Positions 30,576 through 39,795 of a stretch of DNA of 64,000 nt are shown one piece after another. Position numbers and translations under genes: made by a program. Below the pieces are notes generated by a model. That model had not been told where the DNA came from. It saw nothing but the letters and a program-made list of their open reading frames with translations, and did no database searches. Each line of letters begins with the position of its first letter. Position 1 is the first letter of the stretch. The DNA is from Gemmatimonadaceae bacterium (GTDB lineage: Bacteria; Gemmatimonadota; Gemmatimonadetes; Gemmatimonadales; Gemmatimonadaceae). The stretch covers positions 932,030 to 996,029 of the forward strand of contig JBHYGA010000004.1 in the NCBI GenBank assembly GCA_051859245.1. The letters are read 5' to 3'.

Positions 30576-31901
30576 TTACAGGCCACTCCACGATGGCGTG
30601 ATGCGCCACTGCGTGATGAACGGCACGTCGTTCTCATCACGCGTGATGCCCCACACGAGATCACCGCGCGCACCAAGCCAGCTGGATCGTGCTGGCATGA
30701 CAATCCGACCGAGAAAACGTCCGTCCGTTTCGAACACATCATACCACACCGGTTCGCGCCACGTGATGGCAATGGGCGGCGGTTGATTGGGCTGCGCGGG
30801 ACGCGGTTCGTCTCGCTCCGCCTCTGGTATCAGCTCACCCGGAGCGGAAACCCGAACCCATAACCGACCATCAACTCCAGACTGCATCCGGACAATCATA
30901 GGCTTAACCGAGGGAATCGGTGGTCCGTTCCACCGCCACGTCGGATCTTCGCTCATCATCTCGCGTTCTGCGAGCGCGCGCCGTTCGTCACGTTCGCCAT
31001 CACTCACCGGTACACCAACCGCATCGCGTTCAATGCGAAGGTTGGTTGATCCGTTTGAGAGATCAATGCGATAGCGGTCTCCCTCGCTCATCGCGCGCAA
31101 ACCGTTTGTCAGCAATGCAAACGAAGGCCCCGACGCGAACGGTACCCCACGACGAGAAATCCGTGTTTCATTCTGCAGAACCAGCATCGCCGGCTCCACC
31201 TTCGGTTTGGGCACGATCATGGTGTCGACAATGTGTCCCGTGGTGTCGTACATGAAGTAGGCGCCGCGCATCTCCGGAGGTCCGGGATTGTCCTTGCGTG
31301 CGGTATCGATGATCGCGGCGCGAATCATCAAGGCGTGACCCTCCACCGGCGACAGCGCGTCGCTCAGTTGCCAACCGTTCACCGGTGGCTGCCAGGCGCC
31401 GTCCACCTCTCCGGTCTGCCGGAACAGAGTGATGCGCGAGGTCGGTGCATCCCAGATGGCGAGCCGACCATCGCTCAGAAATGCCAGTCCATTCGCATGT
31501 TCATACTCGCCGGGCCCCGATCCTTTGCGACCGAGTGTTCGCACGTATTGGCCATTCGCGTCGAACAATCGCAGCGTGGGCGCACTCGGATCAAATACGG
31601 CGATCGTGTTGTCCGCATGCACGGCGAATCCGTTCACCCGCCCGAACGTAATGGTGGAGTCGATCGCGTCCGCATCGCCAACACGCCAGATTTCCTGCAA
31701 ACGATGCGTGCCGCTGTCCGGAATGACTCCCGTCGTTCGCGCCACCGTGGTATCACCGCTGGCGCTCATCGTGGTGGTCCAGGCCGGGCCATTCTCGGCA
31801 CTTCCACCCGCGTCGCCGCCGCAGGCAACGAACGCCACGCTTACCAGACTCACGCCAAGCGTGGAGCGCCAGCGCGGAATGGACCGGGGAGCGAGCCGCA
31901 T
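30576..31901 (-). CDS. 6-bladed beta-propeller lipoprotein
   Basis: Start set at ATG 31901. Lipobox AFVAC, LGRKGSGPGEY, YDVFETDGRFLG, RDENDVP. Confidence 0.8.
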   Translation of the reverse strand: MRLAPRSIPRWRSTLGVSLVSVAFVACGGDAGGSAENGPAWTTTMSASGDTTVARTTGVIPDSGTHRLQEIWRVGDADAIDSTITFGRVNGFAVHADNTIAVFDPSAPTLRLFDANGQYVRTLGRKGSGPGEYEHANGLAFLSDGRLAIWDAPTSRITLFRQTGEVDGAWQPPVNGWQLSDALSPVEGHALMIRAAIIDTARKDNPGPPEMRGAYFMYDTTGHIVDTMIVPKPKVEPAMLVLQNETRISRRGVPFASGPSFALLTNGLRAMSEGDRYRIDLSNGSTNLRIERDAVGVPVSDGERDERRALAEREMMSEDPTWRWNGPPIPSVKPMIVRMQSGVDGRLWVRVSAPGELIPEAERDEPRPAQPNQPPPIAITWREPVWYDVFETDGRFLGRIVMPARSSWLGARGDLVWGITRDENDVPFITQWRITPSWSGL

Positions 31902-32035
31902 ACAGGGCCTCAATTTCGAGAGGGAAGGACGCCTCGCCCGGAGACTGGCACGTCGCGTACCTGGCAAGGACGGCTACATCGAATACGTCGGAATGAACGC
32001 CTTCGCGACAGACGGTGTCAAACCCTGCGAACCAG

Positions 32036-32617
32036 ATGACCATCCCGGCAACTCCCCTTGACTCACCGGACCGGGCAGACGAGCGCGATCTCATCGCGCG
32101 GGTGCTGCTTGGAGACCGATCGGCGGCACGTGCGCTCTATGACGCGCACGTGAGTCGTGTGCACCGCGTGGTGTTCCGGTTGTGTGGAGACGCTGAGCTG
32201 GCGGGTGAGTTCACGCAGGACACGTTCGTTCGCGCGTTTCAGCAGCTGGCCAAGTTTCGTGGGGAGTCGTCGTTCGCCACCTGGTTACATCGAGTGGCCG
32301 TGACCACCGCAATGAACGGGCTGCGCAAGGTCAAGCGGATTCGTGATCGCGAAGTCGCGCTGGAGCACGCGGGTGAGATGGGCGCGTGGGAGCAGGGAGC
32401 GGATCATGCGCTCAAGAAACGGTTGTTCGACGCGCTCGAAGCACTGCCCGAGTCACAACGCTGCACGCTGATTCTGCACGATCTTGAAGGTTATACACAT
32501 CAGGAAATCGCAACCACGCTCGGTGTCGCCGAAGGCACCAGCAAATCTCGGCTCTTCATGGCGCGTTCGGCGCTTCGGCGCACGCTGGCAGACCTCGCGC
32601 CGGATTTTCAACACTAG
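32036..32617 (+). CDS. ECF RNA polymerase sigma factor
   Basis: Region 2 TQDTFVRAF...SFATWLHRVA; region 4 LHDLEGYTHQEIATTLGVAEGTSKSRLFMAR. Confidence 0.93.
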   Translation: MTIPATPLDSPDRADERDLIARVLLGDRSAARALYDAHVSRVHRVVFRLCGDAELAGEFTQDTFVRAFQQLAKFRGESSFATWLHRVAVTTAMNGLRKVKRIRDREVALEHAGEMGAWEQGADHALKKRLFDALEALPESQRCTLILHDLEGYTHQEIATTLGVAEGTSKSRLFMARSALRRTLADLAPDFQH

Positions 32618-32694
32618 TGCCAGCACAACATCCGCCGCAGCACGTCTTGCGGTATTCGCTCCAACACTCGTTTGTACGCATGGCGTGGTAACGT

Positions 32695-33333
32695 ATGACA
32701 ACACCTGAACTGAACGACGAACAACTGGATCAACTGCTGGCCACCGCGCGTGAATCGTGGCGGGTGCCGCACGCGACGGATCACGACGCACTCTGGTCGC
32801 GCATTGAACACGAAGCGTTTGACGTGCCCGCCGCTGCGCCGAAGTCTGCGCCAGGCTGGCGTACGCTCACGTGGGTTGCGGCGGCGGCGCTGGTTGTTGG
32901 AGCCGGCATTGGACGTTACTCAGCGCCCTCTGCGCCAGCGATCATGGTTGCGGAATCGACCGTTCCGGAGAACGTCGCTGACCGGCGCGACAATCCGTTG
33001 TTACTCACCACGTCGGAATACCTCGGCGAAACGTCAGCGCTGCTTGCGTCGCTGGAACGCGACGCGGATGACGGCGCGGTGAGTGCACGTTTTGCGTCTG
33101 ACGCGTCGTCACTGCTTTCCACTACGCGTTTGTTGATTGATGCACCTGCTGCGACCGATCCGGAACTGCGCGCACTGCTCAGCGATCTGGAGCTGGTGCT
33201 TGCTCAGATCGCGCGACTGCCAGCGCGTCGTGACAACGAAGAACTCGAGTTCATTAACGAAGCGATTCTGGCGCGCGATGTTGTGCCGCGCCTGCGCCTC
33301 GCTGCGATTGATTACGCACCACAAGGCAACTGA
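32695..33333 (+). CDS. Putative single-TM anti-sigma factor
   Basis: 212 aa directly after the ECF gene. LWSRIE, TM WVAAAALVVGAGIG, helical C-terminus LLSDLELVLAQIA. Confidence 0.7.
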   Translation: MTTPELNDEQLDQLLATARESWRVPHATDHDALWSRIEHEAFDVPAAAPKSAPGWRTLTWVAAAALVVGAGIGRYSAPSAPAIMVAESTVPENVADRRDNPLLLTTSEYLGETSALLASLERDADDGAVSARFASDASSLLSTTRLLIDAPAATDPELRALLSDLELVLAQIARLPARRDNEELEFINEAILARDVVPRLRLAAIDYAPQGN

Positions 33334-33343
33334 GGAGTTGACC

Positions 33344-35074
33344 ATGACGACTGGCTCATTTCGTATCGATCGCACAATCTGTCGCGGAGCGCTGGTGCTG
33401 CTGGTCTCGGCTCCAGTGGCGCTGTCTGCGCAGCAAAGCGGTGGCGCATCACCACCTCGGCCGCCGGAGCGTCCGGTGCCGGCGGCAACTACGGCTCCAG
33501 CGCCTCGTCCGGCCAGATCACCACTCGGCAGGGCCGGTGTGCTCGCGCCGGACGACGAGCTCGCCTGGCAGCTTGAGCGCGAGCTCGCACGAGACCTGCG
33601 CCTCGACATGTTGATGTCAGACCAGATGCACGCCAGCGTGGCCATTGCCGGACGAGCGCACGCGGAAGCACTCGGTTCGGTGTATGCCGCAGAAGCCGCT
33701 GCTCATGCGGTGAGCGTGGCGGGGTTTGGCCAGCAGATCGCCGACCAAGCGCTCGCGGGCTCCCTGCAATACGCACCGTTCGCAGCGACGCAGGCTGGCA
33801 TGGCGCAACCTGCCATGGCACCTCCCGCGCCGTGGGCACAGGATGATCCGGCCGACTCACTGTATCGCGTGGCGCGCGAAGCGCTGAATCGTGGTGAGTA
33901 TCGACGTGCGTCGGAAGCGTTCCGTGATATTCCCGCGCGTTTCGCATCCTCACGGTATGCCTCCGATGCACTGTACTGGCAGGCGTTTGCACTCTATCGC
34001 ATTGGTGGTACCGAAGAGTTGCGGGCGGCGCGCGCCGTACTGCAATCGCAGACCTCCAAATACCCGAATGCACGCACCCAAGCGGACGCCGAAGCGTTGA
34101 GTACGCGCATTCTTGGTGCGCTGGCAACTCGCGGTGACACAGAAGCGCAGCAGGCGTTGCGCGCACGGCCTGCTGCGACCGGCAGCTCATGTGATGCGGA
34201 AGATCAGTCGGTGCGCGGTGAAGCGCTCAGTGCCGTCGTGCGCTCCAATCCAGAGCAATCACTGCCCACATTGCAGGCGGTGCTACAGCGTCGCGACGAT
34301 TGTTCGGCGTCGCTGCGACTGCGCGCGGTGACGTTGTTGCCGTCAACCAAAGACAAGTCGATGGAGAGCGTCCTCGTTGACGTCATCCGCAATGATCCTC
34401 GCAATGAAGTTCGCACGGCCGCAATGAGCACGCTGGCGCGTGAGCTCCCCGAGCAAGCGATTCCGATGCTCGAAGAGATGGTTCGCACGTCAACGGATGA
34501 AAAGGCGCAAGTATCTGCCGTCATGGCCCTTGGCTCGAGTGATCTGCCGCGTAGCCGACAGGCGCTGCGCTCAGTGATCGAGCGCAGCGGATCGCCGTAC
34601 ACAGTCCGCCGCGCGGCGATCAGCGCGTTCACGACGCGTTCACGAGTAACGCCAGAAGAAAGCGCGTGGCTGCGACTCATGCACGGTAGCATTAGCGACT
34701 CGCGTCTCAAGAGCTCAATCGTCAGTGCACTGGTTCGCATTGGCGGCGACGAGAACCAGCAGTGGCTGGCCGCCATGGTGCGCAACCCGTCAGAGTCGAT
34801 TGATATGCGCAATGCAGCGCTCGGCGCGATCAATACGTCGAAGACACCGATCGCAACGCTCGCGTCGCTTTACGACTCGTTGTCGGAACGCTCGCTGCGC
34901 GAACAGTTGGTGAGCTCGATGGGTCGTCGCACAGAACCGGAAGCCACCGATAAACTGCTCGACATCGCGCGCTCCGGCACCGATCCGAACTTGCGTCGTA
35001 TGGCCATCTCCGCGCTCTCAAAAAAGAATGACCCACGCACCACACGGTTGCTTCTGGAGATCATCAACAAATGA
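33344..35074 (+). CDS. Secreted TPR + HEAT-repeat protein
   Basis: ATG 33344 with GAGG RBS. Signal peptide, DPADSLYRVAREAL...ALYWQAFALY (TPR), multiple HEAT repeats. Confidence 0.85.
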   Translation: MTTGSFRIDRTICRGALVLLVSAPVALSAQQSGGASPPRPPERPVPAATTAPAPRPARSPLGRAGVLAPDDELAWQLERELARDLRLDMLMSDQMHASVAIAGRAHAEALGSVYAAEAAAHAVSVAGFGQQIADQALAGSLQYAPFAATQAGMAQPAMAPPAPWAQDDPADSLYRVAREALNRGEYRRASEAFRDIPARFASSRYASDALYWQAFALYRIGGTEELRAARAVLQSQTSKYPNARTQADAEALSTRILGALATRGDTEAQQALRARPAATGSSCDAEDQSVRGEALSAVVRSNPEQSLPTLQAVLQRRDDCSASLRLRAVTLLPSTKDKSMESVLVDVIRNDPRNEVRTAAMSTLARELPEQAIPMLEEMVRTSTDEKAQVSAVMALGSSDLPRSRQALRSVIERSGSPYTVRRAAISAFTTRSRVTPEESAWLRLMHGSISDSRLKSSIVSALVRIGGDENQQWLAAMVRNPSESIDMRNAALGAINTSKTPIATLASLYDSLSERSLREQLVSSMGRRTEPEATDKLLDIARSGTDPNLRRMAISALSKKNDPRTTRLLLEIINK

Positions 35075-36384
35075 CTCGCCATGCGCGGTACCTCATGAAG
35101 GCGACGCTGTTGTTCGGCGTGCTGCTGCCCGCGCATCGTCCACTTGAAGCGCAGACACTCAGCGACCGAATTGCCGCAGCACCTGCGGGTTCGCTGCAAT
35201 TCAACTACGCCGCGCGTGCTGGTGTGTGCGGTGATGGTCGCAGCTGGTTCAGCACGGGGAACGGAAGCTGGTACGGCAGCGGCAGCACCCAGTTCATCAG
35301 CGTGAATACAAGTGTGAACACAACGGACGTCGCCTCACGCAGCGACTGTCAGACCGGGCCCGTGCGCGTTACGCTCGTTCGCATCGATCGCGAAGTGGTC
35401 GATGTTACCGTGCAGGTAGGACCACTCTCGCCTGATCCGCGAGTGCAGGATCTCGGCCAAGTGAGTGGCGCTGACGCCTCGGCGTATCTGCTGCAGCTCG
35501 TGGCGCGTAGCGATGGTAAACCGTCGCGCGCGTCGCTGATGCCAGCCATGTTGGCAGACGGCGCGCAGCCTGCCGCCGCGCTGCTCGCGATCGTTCGGGA
35601 TCGCGATCGACCGCGGGAAACACGCCGTTCCGCAATCTCCTGGTTGGCACGCGAGCCGGGCAACGCGAGTATCACGGACGCACTGCTCACTATTGCGCGT
35701 GACGCCGACGAGCAGCAGATCGTACGCGACGCCGCAATCAGTGCGGTGGCGCGCGTTGATGCGGCCCGTGCGATTACACCACTCGTGCAGATCGCACAGA
35801 ACGAATCCGATCCATGGGCTGCACAGCAGGCGATCGAAGCGCTGGGTCGGACCAGTGAGGCGGCCGCGCGCAGTGCGCTTCGTGAACTGCTCACGCGTGC
35901 CGAACTCTCGGATGCTGTGCGCGCGGCAGCTGTTACCGCGAGCATGCAGAACTTCGCGACCGCCGCCGACGCTGAGTTGTTGCGTTCACGTTTTGCGAGC
36001 ATGACAGGGGAGAAGTCGCGCGCCGCGACGGTGAGCGCATTGGCGTCAATGGGCGGTCGCACCAACGCGCAGTGGTTGCTCGGTGTGGCCGGTAACGCCG
36101 CGTTGTCTACAACGCAACGTCGTCAGGCGATTGCCATGAGTGACCGCGCCGGCGTGCCCGTGCGAGAGCTGGTGCAACTCTACGACAAGTTGGAAGCGCG
36201 CGATCTGCGTGAAGCGATGCTGACCGTGTTGGCGGCCGGTGGCACAGAAACGGGCACCACCAAGCTGTTGGAGATCGCGTCGCGCGACACCGATGTGCAG
36301 GTGCGCCGTCGTGCGATCAGTCTGCTTGCGCGCCGAGAGGAGCCGCGTGTGCAGAAAGCGTTGCAGGCGATGGTGACGAAGTAA
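35071..36384 (+). CDS. Secreted HEAT-repeat protein
   Basis: 437 aa. ATGA-coupled; GVCGDG N-terminal domain then HEAT repeats similar to the preceding gene's C-terminus. Confidence 0.85.
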   Translation: MTRHARYLMKATLLFGVLLPAHRPLEAQTLSDRIAAAPAGSLQFNYAARAGVCGDGRSWFSTGNGSWYGSGSTQFISVNTSVNTTDVASRSDCQTGPVRVTLVRIDREVVDVTVQVGPLSPDPRVQDLGQVSGADASAYLLQLVARSDGKPSRASLMPAMLADGAQPAAALLAIVRDRDRPRETRRSAISWLAREPGNASITDALLTIARDADEQQIVRDAAISAVARVDAARAITPLVQIAQNESDPWAAQQAIEALGRTSEAAARSALRELLTRAELSDAVRAAAVTASMQNFATAADAELLRSRFASMTGEKSRAATVSALASMGGRTNAQWLLGVAGNAALSTTQRRQAIAMSDRAGVPVRELVQLYDKLEARDLREAMLTVLAAGGTETGTTKLLEIASRDTDVQVRRRAISLLARREEPRVQKALQAMVTK

Positions 36385-36964
36385 GTGATGGTGTTTGCAT
36401 CACCGCACGCCAGCGCGCTTCCAGCACCACGATAGCCACGAGATAGAGCGCCACGATCACCGCGGGGATAACCACAAAGCGGTGATCCGGAAACAGGTAC
36501 CACGCGGCCAGAACCGACACCGTGCGCGCTGCACCGTGCGCGACGCCAATCCAGTGTTGCAGCACCCAGGAAATCGGTAGCCACATGAGTCCGCTCAGAA
36601 TCCCCACTGTGAGCGGCAACGACGTGTAGTCGGCCATGAAAAACGGAATCGCGATCGCGTACACCAGCAGCGACATGCCCACGGTGTACATGAAGAGCGC
36701 ATCAAACGCGTTCTTCGGACGCGAGCGATCGAGAAAGTTCTCGCCGGTGAACCTCGAGAGGAACATGCCGAGGTACGCGATCATTCCCGTGCCGATCCAC
36801 GTGGCCCACACCGCGCCTTGCGGGGAAAGTGTCGCGCCGGCAACGCCAACACCTGTCCAGGCGATCGTGCCAGCGAGCGGCATGGCGAGCAGTCGGCGGC
36901 GCTGATATTCGGCGCGCTGTTCGTCGAGGGAGCGTGGCGGGGAGATGCGTGGGATCGCGGACAT
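36317..36964 (-). CDS. Six-TM hypothetical membrane protein (DUF7010-like)
   Basis: 215 aa. LAMPLAGTIAW, GILSGLMWLPISW; 3' end overlaps the convergent gene. Confidence 0.75.
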   Translation of the reverse strand: MSAIPRISPPRSLDEQRAEYQRRRLLAMPLAGTIAWTGVGVAGATLSPQGAVWATWIGTGMIAYLGMFLSRFTGENFLDRSRPKNAFDALFMYTVGMSLLVYAIAIPFFMADYTSLPLTVGILSGLMWLPISWVLQHWIGVAHGAARTVSVLAAWYLFPDHRFVVIPAVIVALYLVAIVVLEARWRAVMQTPSLTSSPSPATLSAHAAPLGAQAD

Positions 36965-37043
36965 GGCAGTCGTGGACTGAGGCGGGATGCGCAGATGGGC
37001 GCCGATTTTCTGACTACGAAGCCTAAGGTCTCAGGTTTCCGGG

Positions 37044-37072
37044 TTGACATTGAACGCGCGTTCAATGAGAGT
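37044..37072 (+). promoter_or_regulatory. TetR operator (perfect 20-bp palindrome) overlapping a -35 box
   Basis: CATTGAACGC|GCGTTCAATG at 37048-37067; TTGACA at 37044-37049. Confidence 0.75.
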
Positions 37073-37122
37073 TCGGGGACAGGCCAGATGCTCGCATCGG
37101 TCGCGTTCCTTTGCCCGATCCG

Positions 37123-37737
37123 ATGCCCGGTCACAAAGCCCCCGAAGCCATTCGTAGAGATGAGATCCTGCGCGCCGCGTATCGCGTGGCCGCGAGGGAT
37201 CGGTTGGGCGGGCTGACCATCCGGAGCGTGGCCGCCGAGGCCGGCGTGAGCGCCGGTTTGCTGCTCTTTCATTTCGAATCGAAAGACGGCCTGCTCGTCG
37301 ATCTGCTGGACTGGATGCTCGCCCACACGATTGTGGCCGGCGAGCTCCATCGTCGTCCACCGTCCGATGCACAGCCCGTGCAGTGGCTGCTCGCCGTGGT
37401 CGAGCGCGATCTCGCACATTTGCTGAAACAACGCGAGCGCGTGGAGCTCTTCTACGACTACTGGGTACTGGGCACCAGGCACCCGGTGATTCGTCGACTG
37501 ATTCGTCGCGCACTGCATCGTTATCGCGATGCGTTTCGCCCCGCTGCTGACGCCATCATCGCGGCATACCCCGAACGATATCGCGGCGTTTCTGCAGATG
37601 ATCTGGCAGGCGTCTGTGCCGCATTTATCGAGGGGTGTGCAACGCAAACAATTCTGGATCCCGCACGTTTCGATGCGGTGCGCGCTATGGCGACACTGCA
37701 GGCGCTCGTATTACCACCCGCCACGGTGGTGTCATGA
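37123..37737 (+). CDS. TetR/AcrR family transcriptional regulator (BetI-like)
   Basis: RRDEILRAA...LTIRSVAAEAGVSAGLLLFHFESKDGLL HTH. Confidence 0.9.
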   Translation: MPGHKAPEAIRRDEILRAAYRVAARDRLGGLTIRSVAAEAGVSAGLLLFHFESKDGLLVDLLDWMLAHTIVAGELHRRPPSDAQPVQWLLAVVERDLAHLLKQRERVELFYDYWVLGTRHPVIRRLIRRALHRYRDAFRPAADAIIAAYPERYRGVSADDLAGVCAAFIEGCATQTILDPARFDAVRAMATLQALVLPPATVVS

Positions 37738-37852
37738 ACGCTTCAACCGATCGTCTCTTCTGCGCGTATCGCTTTGCTGCGGTGTGTCGCGACACACGTG
37801 CATTACGCACGCACAAACGCTGTAATTCACCTGTTCCCAAGGGCTGACCAGA

Positions 37853-39055
37853 GTGCCGTTGTCCAGTTCCACACACAACTCCAACTCGGCGAATGCTGTC
37901 GCCGCTACATCGCCGACCAACGCCGAACCCGCGCCGCATGCGCACGGCCACGACGATACCGTGTACCCCGGCAAAGCGCTGTTCATTGCCATGCACGTGG
38001 CGTGTTTTGCGGCGATCTGGACTGGTGTCACGGCGTCCGCCGTTGCGCTTGCGATTACGCTGTACGTGGTGCGCATGTTCGGCGTCACCGCAGGATATCA
38101 TCGGTACTTCTCGCATCGCACGTTCAAGACCAGTCGCGTGATGCAGTTCCTGCTGGCGTTTCTCGCGCAAACCACGGCGCAAAAAGGCACGCTCTGGTGG
38201 GCCGCGCACCACCGGCATCATCATCGCCACAGCGACACCGAAAACGATGTACATTCGCCGCTGCACGGTGGCTTCTGGCATTCGCACCTCGGCTGGATTT
38301 TCGAACCGCGGTGGGACAAGACAAACTTTGACGCCGTACCCGATCTCACGGCGTATCCGGAACTCGTGTGGCTGAACAAGTACGAGCATGTGCCAACGGT
38401 GGCGTTGATGGCGCTCTGCTTCTGGATCGAAAGCTGGACAGGACTCGTGGTTGGATTTGTGTGGAGCACGGTGGCCACCTGGCACGGCACGTTCATGATC
38501 AACTCACTCGCGCACGTGAGCGGCAAGCAGCGCTACGTGACGGGTGACGACTCACGCAACAACTGGTGGCTCGCGATCATCACGCTCGGCGAGGGCTGGC
38601 ACAACAATCACCATGCGTATCAGCGCTCTACGCGTCAGGGATTTCGCTGGTACGAGTTTGATCCCACGTTCTATGTGTTGCGTGCGATGTCATGGGCTGG
38701 ACTCGTGTGGGATCTTGGTGCTCCGCCTGAAGAAGTGGTGCGCAACGAGCGCCCGGTTGGCAAAGCCGTGCTCGAGAAAGTCGCGCGTCAGTTAGCCGCG
38801 TCATTCAACGTGGAGCAGATGGTGGCCGATGCGCGTGCGCACGCGGGCGACGCGATCGCGCACATGCGTGGGCAGATGCACGACGCCATGTCGCACGTGC
38901 ACTGGCCCACGTTCCCAACACGAGATGAACTGAAGGCGCGTGCGCAGGCCATGCTGCCCACCACGCCTTCTCTCGACGCCATCGCTGAGCGGGCTCACGA
39001 ATTATTGGCGGAGCGTGTCGCCGAGCGCTTGGGCCGCACCAGCGCGACGGCCTGA
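37853..39055 (+). CDS. Acyl-CoA/lipid delta-9-type fatty acid desaturase with C-terminal extension
   Basis: 400 aa. His boxes GYHRYFSH, HHRHHH, GEGWHNNHH. Confidence 0.92.
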   Translation: MPLSSSTHNSNSANAVAATSPTNAEPAPHAHGHDDTVYPGKALFIAMHVACFAAIWTGVTASAVALAITLYVVRMFGVTAGYHRYFSHRTFKTSRVMQFLLAFLAQTTAQKGTLWWAAHHRHHHRHSDTENDVHSPLHGGFWHSHLGWIFEPRWDKTNFDAVPDLTAYPELVWLNKYEHVPTVALMALCFWIESWTGLVVGFVWSTVATWHGTFMINSLAHVSGKQRYVTGDDSRNNWWLAIITLGEGWHNNHHAYQRSTRQGFRWYEFDPTFYVLRAMSWAGLVWDLGAPPEEVVRNERPVGKAVLEKVARQLAASFNVEQMVADARAHAGDAIAHMRGQMHDAMSHVHWPTFPTRDELKARAQAMLPTTPSLDAIAERAHELLAERVAERLGRTSATA

Positions 39056-39061
39056 GTTCTT

Positions 39062-39170
39062 CTTAGTGCTGGGGCACCGGCGGGCGGGAAGGACACGAAT
39101 CAGCATCAGTTGCTGTTTTTGTGTCCTTCGTGCCTTCGTGTCCTTCCCGCCGCAGTTCCCTCAGCATTAG
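39062..39170. repeat. REP/MITE-like palindromic element
   Basis: Perfect 17-bp IR GGCGGGAAGGACACGAA (39083-39099) / TTCGTGTCCTTCCCGCC (39135-39151), with imperfect outward extension ending GCAGTTCCCTCAGCATTAG. Confidence 0.7.
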
Positions 39171-39244
39171 GCGCACATGCGCCGCAACGACCGGACTACC
39201 GTGCCCGGAAAACAGCTGGGACAAAACGGATTTTCAGGGACCAA

Positions 39245-39283
39245 ACGTTCAGTCTTGACTGAACGTACTGAACGTACTAATCA
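39245..39283 (+). promoter_or_regulatory. GbsR/MarR-type operator palindrome overlapping a putative promoter
   Basis: ACGTTCAGTC-TT-GACTGAACGT (39245-39266) plus an extra ACTGAACGT copy (39267-39275); TTGACT at 39255. Confidence 0.75.
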
Positions 39284-39289
39284 TTCAAA

Positions 39290-39784
39290 ATGAACAAATC
39301 TGACGAACAGCTCGAAAAACGCGCCCGCATTGTCGAAACGATGGGGCTGTTGACCGAATCCGAGGGCATGTCACGCATTATGGGTCGGATCTTCGGGCTC
39401 ATGCTGATTAGCGAGGATTCGCTCTCGCTCGATGATATGGCCGCGAAACTCGGGGTATCCAAAGCGTCGATCAGCACCGACGCCAGACGACTAGAGCACA
39501 TGGGATTTCTGGTGCGCGTCAGCCGGCCGGGCGATCGGAGGGACTACTACGAGCTCGCCTCGGACTTCATGCTGCGCTCAATGCGACGTCAGGTCGAACG
39601 CATCCGCAAGCTGCGCGATGCCATGCATGACGCGCAGTCGGGACTGATCGCGCCCGCGCGCATTCAGAAACGGCTGCGCGACTTCGAGGCGGTTTTTGAG
39701 ACAGGAATCGGATCGCTGGAGCGGGATCTCGAAGCGCTGGAAGCCGGTGAACAACCGAACAAGAAAAAACGACACTCTCCCTGA
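39290..39784 (+). CDS. GbsR/MarR family transcriptional regulator
   Basis: 164 aa. GMSRIMGRIFGLMLI...SLDDMAAKLGVSKASIST...PGDRRDYY. Confidence 0.9.
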   Translation: MNKSDEQLEKRARIVETMGLLTESEGMSRIMGRIFGLMLISEDSLSLDDMAAKLGVSKASISTDARRLEHMGFLVRVSRPGDRRDYYELASDFMLRSMRRQVERIRKLRDAMHDAQSGLIAPARIQKRLRDFEAVFETGIGSLERDLEALEAGEQPNKKKRHSP

Positions 39785-39795
39785 GTTCTATAGCT

